DNA of 64,000 nucleotides, taken from positions 64,001 through 128,000 of the forward strand of contig MTMF02000009.1 in the NCBI GenBank assembly GCA_002011125.2. Reading direction: 5' to 3'. A model generated the notes under the pieces. That model did not search any database and was not told the DNA's origin. It worked only from the letters and a program-made list of their open reading frames with translations. The translations under genes were made by a program, and so were the position numbers. Position 1 is the first letter of the stretch. Each line of letters opens with the position of its first letter. The DNA comes from Candidatus Hydrothermarchaeum profundi (GTDB taxonomy: Archaea; Hydrothermarchaeota; Hydrothermarchaeia; Hydrothermarchaeales; Hydrothermarchaeaceae). Positions 46,917 through 57,291 of the stretch are shown here, piece by piece.

Positions 46917-48229
46917 TGGCTTTGAATCTTGATTACTTTGATAAAGATCTTCTGATTTGCAATACTTGTAGATGCGGATTTTGTAGAGATGAATGTCCTT
47001 GGTATATGGCGCGGAAGGTTGAAAGTGCTTCACCTAAAGGCGTAATGGAGGTAATACAGGCATATAGAGAAGGAGTGGTGAAACCTTCGCAACAACTTCT
47101 AGACAGGATATCCTGGTGCTTTGGATGCAGATATTGTAAGGAGAGATGTCCTCCAAGCAATCTTCCTGAAAAGTTTAATGCACGGGTAGACCCTGGAGGC
47201 GCAGTAAAAGTGCTCCGATATGAGCTTAGGAAAAAAGGATATACTATGGGGAAATCTGCTGAAACTGTGAATAATAATGTCAAAAAGACGGGTAACCCGT
47301 TCGGTGTTGCTAAAAAAGAAAGGGCAAAGTGGGCTGAAGGACTTGATCTAAAGAAGAAAGGTAAAAGGATTTTCTTTGCTTCGTGTATGAATCCTTTGAT
47401 GGGTTATGGAGAGACTATTCTCAAGATTTCAGATTCTCTAGAAAAGTTTGGGATGACTATGGAACGCCTATCAAAACTTACAGGCATACTCGAGGCAGTA
47501 AAACTCGATAGAGTATCGGCGAAGCTATTAAAAGGCACTTCAAAGAACAACGAAAAATACATTAATTCTTTGAGAAACTCTGCGAAAGTCTTGAAAAAAT
47601 TAGGTATCGAATTTGGATATTTAGGTGAGGATGAACCATGCTGTGGGTCCTCTTTTTATACTTATGGAGACTTCGACTCTTTTGAAAGCAATGCAAGAGA
47701 AGTTTATAAAAATCTAAAAGAAAGAGGAGTTGAAGAGATAATTACCCTTAACCCAATTTGTGGAGGAGTATTCAAAAACTATTATCCAGAGTTTATTCCA
47801 GGCTTCGATATAAAAGTAAAGCATTTCGTGGAAGTAGTAGCAGAAGAAGTTGATAGACAAGGAATAGAACTAAAGCTAGATAACGAAATGGATATCGCAT
47901 GGCATGATCCTTGCTACCTCGCGAGGTATATGGGTGTAACAAAAGAGGTTAGAACGCTCCTTAGAAGCATTAAGGGTCTCAACTTAAGAGAACCCGAAGC
48001 CACAGGTAATCTAACCAGATGCGATGGTGGAGGAGGACCAGAAATCATATGCCCTGATATCGCCAAAGGAGTTGCAGAATATAGAGTAAAAGAACTCATG
48101 GACACCGGAGCATCAGTTATAGCAACCTCATGCCCCGCATGCGTCATGATGCTAGAAATAGGAAAAGCAAAGAACTATCCCGATGTCAGTATTTTTGACA
48201 TTTCAGACATCATAAGCATGGCATTATAA
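46916..48229 (+). CDS. Fe-S oxidoreductase (GlcF/HdrD-like, CCG domains)
   Basis: CNTCRCGFC..CP, CFGCRYC..CP, CCG, HDPCYL, SCPAC. Confidence 0.88.
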   Translation: MALNLDYFDKDLLICNTCRCGFCRDECPWYMARKVESASPKGVMEVIQAYREGVVKPSQQLLDRISWCFGCRYCKERCPPSNLPEKFNARVDPGGAVKVLRYELRKKGYTMGKSAETVNNNVKKTGNPFGVAKKERAKWAEGLDLKKKGKRIFFASCMNPLMGYGETILKISDSLEKFGMTMERLSKLTGILEAVKLDRVSAKLLKGTSKNNEKYINSLRNSAKVLKKLGIEFGYLGEDEPCCGSSFYTYGDFDSFESNAREVYKNLKERGVEEIITLNPICGGVFKNYYPEFIPGFDIKVKHFVEVVAEEVDRQGIELKLDNEMDIAWHDPCYLARYMGVTKEVRTLLRSIKGLNLREPEATGNLTRCDGGGGPEIICPDIAKGVAEYRVKELMDTGASVIATSCPACVMMLEIGKAKNYPDVSIFDISDIISMAL

Positions 48230-48290
48230 ACTCTATAAGAAAAAAACTTCTACCGGGATTTCAATTATTTTCCAGAGAAACTCAGAGACG

Positions 48291-48755
48291 TCAACTTTTC
48301 TTCTTTATTTTGACAATGTCTCCAAGAGTTAACTCCTCTTTAGTCGCTTTCTGAGTTTTTATATCTTCTTCATGAGTTTCTTCAAATAACTTTATATTAA
48401 GGGCTTTTTCAAGCTTCTTAGCTAACTTTACATTTGGCTGCATTTTCTCAGTTTCTAACCTAGCTATAACTGATTCTTTAACACTTATCTTCTCACCTAG
48501 TTTCTCCCGTGTTAGACTCATAGCTTCTCTCGCCTTCCTTATAATCTCCCCATAGTTTTCAACAAACTCGGGTGCTTCTATTGGTTTTGTATAGGGTATC
48601 CAGGAACTCGATGCTCTCCTAGTTTTTCTTATAGAAGCCTTTTTCTCAGATGGAGATCCAAATCTAGCACAATGGCTGCAGACTTTCATTTCAGCCCCTT
48701 CAATTATTACAATATGGGGTTTTCCAATAGGTCGGCCACAAACCTCACATTCCAT
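48291..48755 (-). CDS. mbf1: Multiprotein bridging factor aMBF1
   Basis: CEVCG..C..C..FG, HTH, TLGDIV. Confidence 0.93.
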   Translation of the reverse strand: MECEVCGRPIGKPHIVIIEGAEMKVCSHCARFGSPSEKKASIRKTRRASSSWIPYTKPIEAPEFVENYGEIIRKAREAMSLTREKLGEKISVKESVIARLETEKMQPNVKLAKKLEKALNIKLFEETHEEDIKTQKATKEELTLGDIVKIKKKS

Positions 48756-48819
48756 ATTATTTTAAATGGTAAGAAAGCTATATATAGCTAAGGGAAACGA
48801 GGGGTGATTAGAGATAGAA

Positions 48820-50061
48820 ATGGCTGAAGACAAAAATAGCGAAATGTCAAAGTATCTTCTTAATAGAGTCAGAGAGTTAGAAAAAGAATGCGTTCAATTA
48901 TCTAACGAGAATAATAGACTTAGAACGAGTTATGCGCAGAGAATAAAATGGCTTGAAGAAAAGAAACGCCAGCTAGAAAATGAGAAGATACAGATGGAGA
49001 GGGAAATCAGGCGGTTAAGAAGCGAGATAGAACGGATGCGGACAACTCCACTAATTATTGGAAATATCGTGGATATCCTTGAGAATGGAAAAGTTGTAGT
49101 TAAGAGTTCATCTGGGCCTCATTTCGTCGTAAATACCTCTCAGTTCATAGATAGGGAAAACCTTGTTGCAGGCGCAAGAGTCGCTCTTAACCAACAATCC
49201 TTAGCCGTAGTAGATATTCTCCCTGTAGAAAAAGACCCCGCGGTACTCGCTATGGAAATTGAGAAGAAGCCAAATGTAACCTATAATGATATAGGAGGAC
49301 TGCATGCCCAGATCGAAGAGATAAAAGAAACTGTTGAACTCCCACTGCTAAGACCCGACGCTTTCAAAAAAGTGGGGATAGAACCGCCTAAAGGTGTGTT
49401 ACTTTACGGTCCTCCAGGTACTGGAAAGACCCTTCTTGCTAAAGCTGTTGCTAGCGAGACCAACTCTGTTTTCATTAAACTCATAGGCTCAGAACTGGTG
49501 AGGAAGTATATAGGGGAAGGTGCAAGACTAGTTAGGGAACTATTTAAAATGGCACGTGAGCAGGCTCCGAGTATTATCTTTGTTGATGAGCTGGACGCTA
49601 TAGGAGCCAAGCGTTTGGACTCCGCTACCAGCGGAGATCGGGAAGTACAGCGCACTTTAATGCAGTTCCTAGCAGAAATGGATGGTTTTGATCCTAGAGG
49701 TGACGTGAAGATAATAGGTGCAACGAACAGGCCGGATATACTCGACCCAGCCATACTGAGACCGGGGAGATTTGACAGATTAATTGAGATACCCCTCCCA
49801 GACAAAGAAAGTAGAAAAGAGATATTCAAGATCCATACTCGAGCAATGAATCTTACAGACGATATCGACATAGATGCTTTAGCGGTGCGGACCGAAGGGT
49901 CTTCAGGAGCTGATATAAAGGCAATTTGCACCGAAGCGGGTATGTTCGCTATAAGAGAAGGAAGGGAGGAAGTATCCTTCTTTGATTTTGAGAGAGCTGT
50001 AATGAAAGTTCTGAGCAAATACGAAGAGGGTAAGAGAGAAGCCGGTGTAATGTATACCTGA
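48820..50061 (+). CDS. pan: Proteasome-activating nucleotidase
   Basis: Coiled coil, OB domain, [21 protein letters not shown], HbYX tail MYT. Confidence 0.96.
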   Translation: MAEDKNSEMSKYLLNRVRELEKECVQLSNENNRLRTSYAQRIKWLEEKKRQLENEKIQMEREIRRLRSEIERMRTTPLIIGNIVDILENGKVVVKSSSGPHFVVNTSQFIDRENLVAGARVALNQQSLAVVDILPVEKDPAVLAMEIEKKPNVTYNDIGGLHAQIEEIKETVELPLLRPDAFKKVGIEPPKGVLLYGPPGTGKTLLAKAVASETNSVFIKLIGSELVRKYIGEGARLVRELFKMAREQAPSIIFVDELDAIGAKRLDSATSGDREVQRTLMQFLAEMDGFDPRGDVKIIGATNRPDILDPAILRPGRFDRLIEIPLPDKESRKEIFKIHTRAMNLTDDIDIDALAVRTEGSSGADIKAICTEAGMFAIREGREEVSFFDFERAVMKVLSKYEEGKREAGVMYT

Positions 50062-50063
50062 AA

Positions 50064-51158
50064 CTATTTTCTAGAGATTATAGATATTATATCTCCATCC
50101 TCGACTACATGATCCAGTCCCACTCTCTGTCCACTAAATCTACTCGAGTTTCCCCAGACTTTTGCATACCTAAAATTCTTCTTTAGATTCTTATGGATTC
50201 TTTCACATATATCACCGACTGTTGCCCCTCGAACTACTATCATAGGCTCTTCCAGATCTGCTTTTCTTCCCTGCGGTTTCATATAAACTCTTATAAAGTT
50301 GAGCTTTTCGTATATGCATCGCTTTAACCTCTCAATGTTTGTGCCATTCTTTGCAGATATTGGAATATACTCCCGCATTAGCTCTTTCTCGATTTCTCTA
50401 AGATATTCCTCTCTTACAAGATCAATCTTATTTAGTACTAATATTGAAGGCAGATAGACCCTATTGCCCGCTAACGCATCTATAAATCTCTCTAATGTTA
50501 AGTCTTCTCTTATCACAACATCAGCGTTGTGGATTTTGAATTCCATCAAGGCCCCCTTAATTTCTCTTTCACTTATTTTTGTGAGTTTAACTGTTGAACT
50601 GATGGTGATCCCACCCCTATCTTTTTTGATAAGCTTAATAAGGGGCGGTTTTTCATCTAATCTTACACCCGCCTCCCATAGCTCCTTCTTTATTATTTTA
50701 TACTGATGAAGATTAAATACATCGATTAGTATCATAAGAAGGTCTGCGTTTCTAACAATAGAGAGTATCTCTTTACCTCTCCCTCTTCCCAAAGATGCAC
50801 CTTGAATTATTCCAGGAAGATCCAAAATCTGTATTTTTGCTCCATTATAAACCATCAGGCCAGGGATAACTTCAAGGGTCGTGAAATCATACACCCCTAC
50901 CTCGGAATGCACATTTGTAAGCTTATTAATCAGGGTAGATTTACCCACTGATGGGAACCCGACTAAAACAACTGTAGCGTCTCCTGTTTTCTTTATAGAG
51001 AACCCGCTTCCACCTTTTTTTTCGCTCCTTTTTGAAGCTTCCTCTTTAAGCCTCGCTAACTTAGCCTTTAGCTTGCCGATATGATGTTGAGTCGCTTTAT
51101 TATAGGGAGTCTTCCTTATCTCTTCTTCAATCTCCTTTATCCTTTCCTCTATGTCCAT
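50064..51158 (-). CDS. DRG/Rbg family GTPase with TGS domain
   Basis: NKATQHH, GFPSVGKS, FTT, DLPG, NKID. Confidence 0.95.
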   Translation of the reverse strand: MDIEERIKEIEEEIRKTPYNKATQHHIGKLKAKLARLKEEASKRSEKKGGSGFSIKKTGDATVVLVGFPSVGKSTLINKLTNVHSEVGVYDFTTLEVIPGLMVYNGAKIQILDLPGIIQGASLGRGRGKEILSIVRNADLLMILIDVFNLHQYKIIKKELWEAGVRLDEKPPLIKLIKKDRGGITISSTVKLTKISEREIKGALMEFKIHNADVVIREDLTLERFIDALAGNRVYLPSILVLNKIDLVREEYLREIEKELMREYIPISAKNGTNIERLKRCIYEKLNFIRVYMKPQGRKADLEEPMIVVRGATVGDICERIHKNLKKNFRYAKVWGNSSRFSGQRVGLDHVVEDGDIISIISRK

Positions 51159-51730
51159 AGATTTGAAGAAGGGTTTCTAACGTTTATAAAATCGACTTCC
51201 TCCTTTGTGATACCGGCTTTTCTAATCTCTTTTTCAAAATCGGCTTCAGAATTTGACTTCCTCCTGATCTGCCTAATAGTCTCATAAACTTCCCAAGGGA
51301 ATATCACCCATTTTTTCGTTTCTTCAACATAAAAATCAGGCTGAAACTGCGAGTGAGGCTTTTTAACTAGAGTTACTACATACAACTTCCCAGATCCTCT
51401 TTCTTTAAGATGTCGTATGACTACTTCTAGGCTCCTACCAGTATCTGCTATATCGTCAACGAGCAATATTTTTTTCCCGGACACATTAAACTGCGTAGGG
51501 TGCAAGATGAGAGGCTTATCATCTGTCTCCCCGATCGACTTGTAAAACTTAACTCTGACTGTATATATCTCATCATTATCCAATAAGTCTGATAGTATCC
51601 TTGCGGGAACCCATCCTCCACGAGCGATCCCCACTATTATATCAAAATCTATATTTTTTTCCTTAATATGCCGGGCGATCTTCTTACAATCTTCAACAAT
51701 GTCATCCCATGAGAGTCTAACGTATTCCAT
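51149..51730 (-). CDS. Purine phosphoribosyltransferase family protein
   Basis: GIARGG, LLVDDIADTG, W..FPWE. Confidence 0.9.
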   Translation of the reverse strand: MEYVRLSWDDIVEDCKKIARHIKEKNIDFDIIVGIARGGWVPARILSDLLDNDEIYTVRVKFYKSIGETDDKPLILHPTQFNVSGKKILLVDDIADTGRSLEVVIRHLKERGSGKLYVVTLVKKPHSQFQPDFYVEETKKWVIFPWEVYETIRQIRRKSNSEADFEKEIRKAGITKEEVDFINVRNPSSNLWT

Positions 51731-51776
51731 CCTATCAGCTTATTGCAAAAATAATCGATAAACATATATTAAAATT

Positions 51777-53072
51777 GTGCCGAAAAGTTTCTCCATGCAA
51801 CCAATGGTAGTGGCCTCAACCCGGCCAGAAGTGATAAAGCTTTCTCCGGTTATAAGAGCTCTTGAGAGTTATGGAATAGAGTATTCCTTTGTTACTACCG
51901 GCCAACATTATGACTGGAACCTATTCAACGTGTTTATAAAAGAATTAGATCTGAAAGAGCCTGACTATAACATAAAAGTTGGCTCAGGAACTCAAGCATA
52001 CCAGACCTCACACGCAATGATAGAGTTAGAGAATTTGATGTTAAAAACGAGGCCAGACGTGGTTATTGTAGAGGGCGATACAAATTCCGTATTAAGCGCT
52101 TCTATCGCCGCCGTTAAAATACATATACCGGTAGCTCATGTGGAAGCTGGATTGAGAAGCTTTGATAGGACTATGCCTGAAGAAATAAATAGAATTCTAG
52201 CTGATCACTGCTCCGAAATATTATTTGCTCCCACAGAGAAGTCTGGACTGAACCTTCTTAACGAGGGGATACCTCCTAATAAAATACATATAGTGGGTAA
52301 CACGATTGTGGATGCAACACTTCAGAATCTCGAACTCGCCAAAAGAAAAAAATCGTCTCAGAAAAAAAGTGACAAAGAATATTTAGTCTTAACTCTACAT
52401 CGAGCTGAAAATGTTGACCAATATCGAAGGTTAAAGGGAATAATAGAAGCCCTAGAAAAAATAGAGCTACCTATAATATTCCCTGTACATCCTAGAACTA
52501 AAAAAAAGCTGAAAGAGTTCAAACTAAAGCTTGAAAATATCCGGATGATTGAACCTTTAGGATACCTAAATTTCCTTCTGCTTATGAACGGAGCTAAGCT
52601 CATATTGACCGATAGTGGAGGAATACAAGAGGAAGCAATAACCTTACATATCCCTTGTATTACCCTACGGACTACAACTGAGAGACCAGAAACAGTAGCG
52701 GCTGGTGGGAATATCCTCGCGGGAGTTACTCCTGAAAGGATAATTGATAAAATTAACTCAGTGCTTAAAAATAAGGAATTATATTCTAAGATGAAAAAAA
52801 CAAAGAACCCTTTCGGTGATGGCACTACAGGCGAAAAGATAGTATCAATCCTGTCAGATATCTATGAAAGAGGAGAACTTAAAGTAAGTTCCCAAGATTT
52901 TACACAGGGATTTTGGGAAAGAAAACTTATAGCTGTTGACTCTACATTAGCTGGGAAAAAAATAGAGGAGTTGGACTTCGCTGTTATTAAAGTAATCGAA
53001 AAAGGAAAAGAAAAATTTCCATACCCGGATCTTGAATTAAAGGAAGGGCAAATGATTGAAACATTACATTAA
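51777..53072 (+). CDS. wecB: UDP-N-acetylglucosamine 2-epimerase with C-terminal TrkA-C-like extension
   Basis: TRPE.IK, TGQH, HVEAGLRS, PEE.NR, HR.EN, DSGG.QEEA. Confidence 0.93.
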   Translation: MPKSFSMQPMVVASTRPEVIKLSPVIRALESYGIEYSFVTTGQHYDWNLFNVFIKELDLKEPDYNIKVGSGTQAYQTSHAMIELENLMLKTRPDVVIVEGDTNSVLSASIAAVKIHIPVAHVEAGLRSFDRTMPEEINRILADHCSEILFAPTEKSGLNLLNEGIPPNKIHIVGNTIVDATLQNLELAKRKKSSQKKSDKEYLVLTLHRAENVDQYRRLKGIIEALEKIELPIIFPVHPRTKKKLKEFKLKLENIRMIEPLGYLNFLLLMNGAKLILTDSGGIQEEAITLHIPCITLRTTTERPETVAAGGNILAGVTPERIIDKINSVLKNKELYSKMKKTKNPFGDGTTGEKIVSILSDIYERGELKVSSQDFTQGFWERKLIAVDSTLAGKKIEELDFAVIKVIEKGKEKFPYPDLELKEGQMIETLH

Positions 53073-54263
53073 GCTCTCTACATCTAAAAATCTTTGAATA
53101 ACTTCAACTACTCTATCTTTTTTTAATATCTCAGCTACAAATTCTGAGGGCCTATCTGTATCCCTATACTTTACCATAAGGTCGCTTATTTTCTCTTCTA
53201 TCGCTACCTCAAAGAGTACATCTAAATCGTCATCACTCATAGAGTCAAAAAGTTTCCTCAGGGAAGCATGAACTTTTAACTCATGCCCAATCTCATCCTT
53301 CCACTTGCGCTCATATTCCCTGCGTAGAAAATTCTCGGAATAGTTTTCATTTTCAAGTGCCTTTACACATGCATTACCCGCTATTTTAGCAGCTATCCCC
53401 CCAGTAATCACTCCCCCCCCAGTAGTAGCTTTTGTATGCCCTGCCGCATCGCCCACTAGTAATACCCTGTCCCTAACTGTTTGAACTGGATAATCAACAG
53501 GTATAGCGCCCAAGTTAACCTCTAATATGCTGCTACTCTGAATCTTATTTTTTGCTATCGGATGGTTTTTTATGAAATTATTCAGATATTCTATAGGCCC
53601 TCTACCATCAGCTCTCCCTACACCCACTCCTACTTCATAAACATCCCCCTTAGGTAATATCCACCCGTAGAACTCTGGAGCATATGCCCTACCAAAATAA
53701 ACCTCAGCGATATCATTCTCAATATCAACATCATCTACTTCAATCTGCGCTGCAGCAACAATCTTCGATGGAGTTTTTATACCGTTCCATCTTGCGACAT
53801 TTGACTTCACCCCATCAGCACCTACCAGAAGTGAAGCCCTAAGGTCGGCTTCTCCTTCAACGCCTTTTACCCTTATATTAACGCCATCCCTAATACTCAT
53901 TCCCTTTGCCCTGGTTTTAAGTTTTATCTCAGCGCCTTTTCTCGCCGCTTCCCTAGCTAAGAACTTGTCAAACAATTTTCTTTCCACTACTCTAGCCCTT
54001 TCTACGTCAGAATAGGCTGTAATCTCTTTACCCGAGGGAGAATAGAATCTGCCTCCTCTAATCGTAGCGGATATTAAATGCGGCTCCAAGTTGAGACCGA
54101 GATATTCTAGTCCAGATACACTGAATAAACCAGAACACTTTGTAGGATACCCTATCTCTTGATGCTCCTCAATAACACATACTTCATATCCCGCACTAGC
54201 TACTTCTTTAGCTGTTATTAGCCCTGCAGGACCTCCGCCAACTATTATTACATCATAGTTCAT
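53064..54263 (-). CDS. Geranylgeranyl reductase family (DGGGPL reductase-like)
   Basis: GGGPAG, GADG, Y.WI.P, GDAAG...TGGG. Confidence 0.88.
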   Translation of the reverse strand: MNYDVIIVGGGPAGLITAKEVASAGYEVCVIEEHQEIGYPTKCSGLFSVSGLEYLGLNLEPHLISATIRGGRFYSPSGKEITAYSDVERARVVERKLFDKFLAREAARKGAEIKLKTRAKGMSIRDGVNIRVKGVEGEADLRASLLVGADGVKSNVARWNGIKTPSKIVAAAQIEVDDVDIENDIAEVYFGRAYAPEFYGWILPKGDVYEVGVGVGRADGRGPIEYLNNFIKNHPIAKNKIQSSSILEVNLGAIPVDYPVQTVRDRVLLVGDAAGHTKATTGGGVITGGIAAKIAGNACVKALENENYSENFLRREYERKWKDEIGHELKVHASLRKLFDSMSDDDLDVLFEVAIEEKISDLMVKYRDTDRPSEFVAEILKKDRVVEVIQRFLDVESLM

Positions 54264-54304
54264 AATGTGCCACCCAATGAGTTTTTAACAATAGTATATA
54301 AAAT

Positions 54305-55102
54305 TTACAGCATAAGTGAAGCTAATGTTAGAAATCCAAGGCCTATGCAAAAGCTTGAGAAATTTATTTTTTCAGCCACCTTCATAAAAGTATGTATTGT
54401 AAAATAGCCAAATGTAAAAGAAGCTACCATCGCCACAAGCATGCTAATATCTACCACTGTCTTTTTCAATATTAATAACGCCGCTTCTGCCATGAGTACT
54501 GCCGGTATACTCATTAAAAAGCTAAGCCTAAGAGCGGTTTTAGCATTAAATCCCCTAAGTAATAAGGCTGATATAGTTAATCCTGATCTGCTTAAGCCGG
54601 GAAATATCGCCAAAGCCTGTAGACTTCCAGCAAGTATCCCATCGCCAATAGTTGCATTAATCCTATGGCCCAGAAAATCTCTTGAGAATTTTTGAATAAG
54701 TCCTGTTATTATCAATAATACTCCTATTAGAGCTGTAGCATAATTTGAGGAAAACTCTACTTTTTCAATCCCAAAAATGAATATCGGCAACCCTAAAATG
54801 CCTGTAAAAAAAGTAGAAACAATAAGAAAGCTTATCAGCCTACTTTCTTCGGTAGGTGCTCCTCGTATATCATTCAAGTAATTTCCAGCACTACTTATAA
54901 GCCTTATAAGGTCACTCTTGAAGTATAGTGTAGCAGCTAAAAGCGTGCCCGTATGCAACCAAAGAGAAAATGTAACTGCCTCTGAAAACGGTTTTGAGAA
55001 AAAATTTATGAGAACTAATGATATCACTCCCTCACTACTAATAGGCAACCACTCGGTTATCCCTTGTATGACTCCCACTATAAGCGCTTCTAATAACTCC
55101 AT
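54305..55102 (-). CDS. uppP: Undecaprenyl-diphosphatase (BacA family)
   Basis: QGITEWLPISS, PGLSRSG.T, SFL.SIPA. Confidence 0.88.
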   Translation of the reverse strand: MELLEALIVGVIQGITEWLPISSEGVISLVLINFFSKPFSEAVTFSLWLHTGTLLAATLYFKSDLIRLISSAGNYLNDIRGAPTEESRLISFLIVSTFFTGILGLPIFIFGIEKVEFSSNYATALIGVLLIITGLIQKFSRDFLGHRINATIGDGILAGSLQALAIFPGLSRSGLTISALLLRGFNAKTALRLSFLMSIPAVLMAEAALLILKKTVVDISMLVAMVASFTFGYFTIHTFMKVAEKINFSSFCIGLGFLTLASLML

Positions 55103-55184
55103 GGGCTCCTTATAAATCCTGAGAATTAAAAAAACTATTGTAGGAAGTTAAATTATAAAAAGCAAGAACCTATAAGGCATACGT

Positions 55185-55781
55185 ATGGAGCTACTATATC
55201 TTCTTAGAATTCTCTTAGGCTTCTTTTTTGTCATGTTTATACCCGGATTTGTGCTAACTCTTGCATTATGGCCTATTACCAGGCGGGAGGTGTATGAAGA
55301 GATCCTGAAGATATTAGAAGAAAAAAACCCATCAGAAGTCTGTTTTATTGGAAGTCAAGAGGAATATGAGGACCTACTGGATATTGTAAAAAGTAAATAC
55401 AAATTGAAGATATATGACACAAGAAGTGAAAAAATTGAAACCTCGGTAGATGAAGTAGAGAGTGCTGACACACTAATTGTAACTGAAAAGTCATCAGAAG
55501 TTAAAATCACTCCTGATAAAACAATTATTGATTTAACTGGAGGCATCTCTAATGCGATATCAATAGAAGACTCTATAGATACCCTTGAAAGAATAACCTT
55601 AAGCTTTGGATTAAGTATTGCTCTAGTGCCTCTCATAGGGCTTATACTTAACTATACGCCCTTTGGCATACGTTTCAAAAGTGTTTTAGTATCTCTTATA
55701 TTAGTTATAGGTATCCTACTTGGAGTATACTATTATAGGAGGAAAGGATGGAGTACAAGCAAGTTATCGCAGTCAGACTAG
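55185..55781 (+). CDS. DUF1616-like membrane protein with soluble insertion
   Basis: F.PGF.L..AL.P ... ERI.LSFGLSIA..PL.G..LN. Confidence 0.75.
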   Translation: MELLYLLRILLGFFFVMFIPGFVLTLALWPITRREVYEEILKILEEKNPSEVCFIGSQEEYEDLLDIVKSKYKLKIYDTRSEKIETSVDEVESADTLIVTEKSSEVKITPDKTIIDLTGGISNAISIEDSIDTLERITLSFGLSIALVPLIGLILNYTPFGIRFKSVLVSLILVIGILLGVYYYRRKGWSTSKLSQSD

Positions 55782-56104
55782 ATCTAAAAATGAGCAGGGG
55801 TAAAACTTGCTCTCAAGTAGCACATGCTTCTCTTGGAAGCGCAGAAATTGCGATGGAAAGAAAACAAGAGTGGTATAAAGCCTGGAAGAGAGAAGGCCAA
55901 AAGAAAGTTGTAGTAGAAGTTAAAGGGGAGAAGGAACTCTTTCAACTGTTGGAATCTTCGAGGGGATTAGATCTCCCCTGTTATTTAGTGGAAGATGCTG
56001 GATTAACAGAGCTTGAACCTGGCACAACTACTTCAATTGGGATAGGACCTGCCCCAAATGATCTTATCGATAAAGTAACAGGCCATCTAAGATTACTAAA
56101 ATGA
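55748..56104 (+). CDS. pth2: Peptidyl-tRNA hydrolase Pth2
   Basis: KQVI.VR.DL.M..GK...Q.AHA, DAG.T, GIGP. Confidence 0.95.
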   Translation: MEYKQVIAVRLDLKMSRGKTCSQVAHASLGSAEIAMERKQEWYKAWKREGQKKVVVEVKGEKELFQLLESSRGLDLPCYLVEDAGLTELEPGTTTSIGIGPAPNDLIDKVTGHLRLLK

Positions 56105-57291
56105 AAAGTCCTTTCGTCCTTGATCAAGAAGTTGGTTTAGAATTTTTCATAACAGATACAAAAGGAATTGGAGGAAAATTAAGAACTATAGTTGAAGATT
56201 TCTGCGTAGAGGAAATTCCCAAAAAAATTGAAGAAGACACAAATGGAGAGTATACCTATTTTATTCTAGAGAAAAAAAACTGGGAAACCCATAGGGCAAT
56301 AAAAGCTATCTCTCGCGCTTTACGCGTTTCATATAAGCGCTTTGGTTTTGCCGGAACAAAAGATAAAAGAGCATTAAGTAGGCAGTGGGTGTCCGCATGG
56401 CGCATTGATATTAAGAAGCTAGAGGAAATCAACATCAAAGATATAAAACTATATAATTTTAAAAAAGCAAGAGGAAGAATAACTCTAGGAAATGCCTTTG
56501 GAAATCGTTTTATGATAACTATAAGAGATATAAATTTAAGTGGAGAAGAAGTTGATAAGAGACTGCGCGAAACCTCTGCCGAACTAACTGAGAAAGGTAT
56601 ACCAAATTACTTTGGCTATCAAAGATTTGGAATAATAAGACCAAATACCCATTTGGTCGGTAGAGAGATAGTTAAAGGAAATCTTAAAGAAGCTGTTATT
56701 AATTATCTTGGAAAACCATGCGAGGGGGAGAGGGAGGACGCATATCGCGCGAGACAATTTCTTGAAGATACCCTAGACTTTAAGAAGGCTCTTAAGCTAT
56801 TTCCAAAGCGGCTGGATTACGAAAGATCAATGTTAGATGCCCTTTTAAAGAATCCTAATGACTATGCAGGCGCACTAAGGAGACTTCCAAAAAAACTTAG
56901 ATGGATGCTCGTTCATGCCTATCAAAGCTATCTTTTTAACAAGATTTTAAGCAAAATAATAGAGAGAGGATTAAACATAAAAGAGCGAAAGATACCTCTC
57001 TTCGGGTATGAAAGCTCCTTTAGTGATGGAGAACAAGGAGAAATAGAAAAATCTGTGCTTAAAGAAGAAGATGTTAAACCAGGTGATTTTCTAATTAAAT
57101 CTCTTCCAGAACTTAGTTCTAAAGGAAGCTTAAGAGATGCTTGCATTAGTACTTCATCAAAGTTCTATGTAGGCGATGATGAAATAAATAAACAAAGACT
57201 TAAAGCAACCTTAGAATTCATGCTACCCCCTGGGTGTTATGCGACAGTAGTTTTAAGAGAATTCATGAAGATTGACCCAATAAATTACTGA
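56101..57291 (+). CDS. truD: tRNA pseudouridine(13) synthase TruD
   Basis: EDF.VEE, AGTKDKRA, GNRF, NYFGYQRFG, F.LP.G.YAT. Confidence 0.95.
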   Translation: MKSPFVLDQEVGLEFFITDTKGIGGKLRTIVEDFCVEEIPKKIEEDTNGEYTYFILEKKNWETHRAIKAISRALRVSYKRFGFAGTKDKRALSRQWVSAWRIDIKKLEEINIKDIKLYNFKKARGRITLGNAFGNRFMITIRDINLSGEEVDKRLRETSAELTEKGIPNYFGYQRFGIIRPNTHLVGREIVKGNLKEAVINYLGKPCEGEREDAYRARQFLEDTLDFKKALKLFPKRLDYERSMLDALLKNPNDYAGALRRLPKKLRWMLVHAYQSYLFNKILSKIIERGLNIKERKIPLFGYESSFSDGEQGEIEKSVLKEEDVKPGDFLIKSLPELSSKGSLRDACISTSSKFYVGDDEINKQRLKATLEFMLPPGCYATVVLREFMKIDPINY

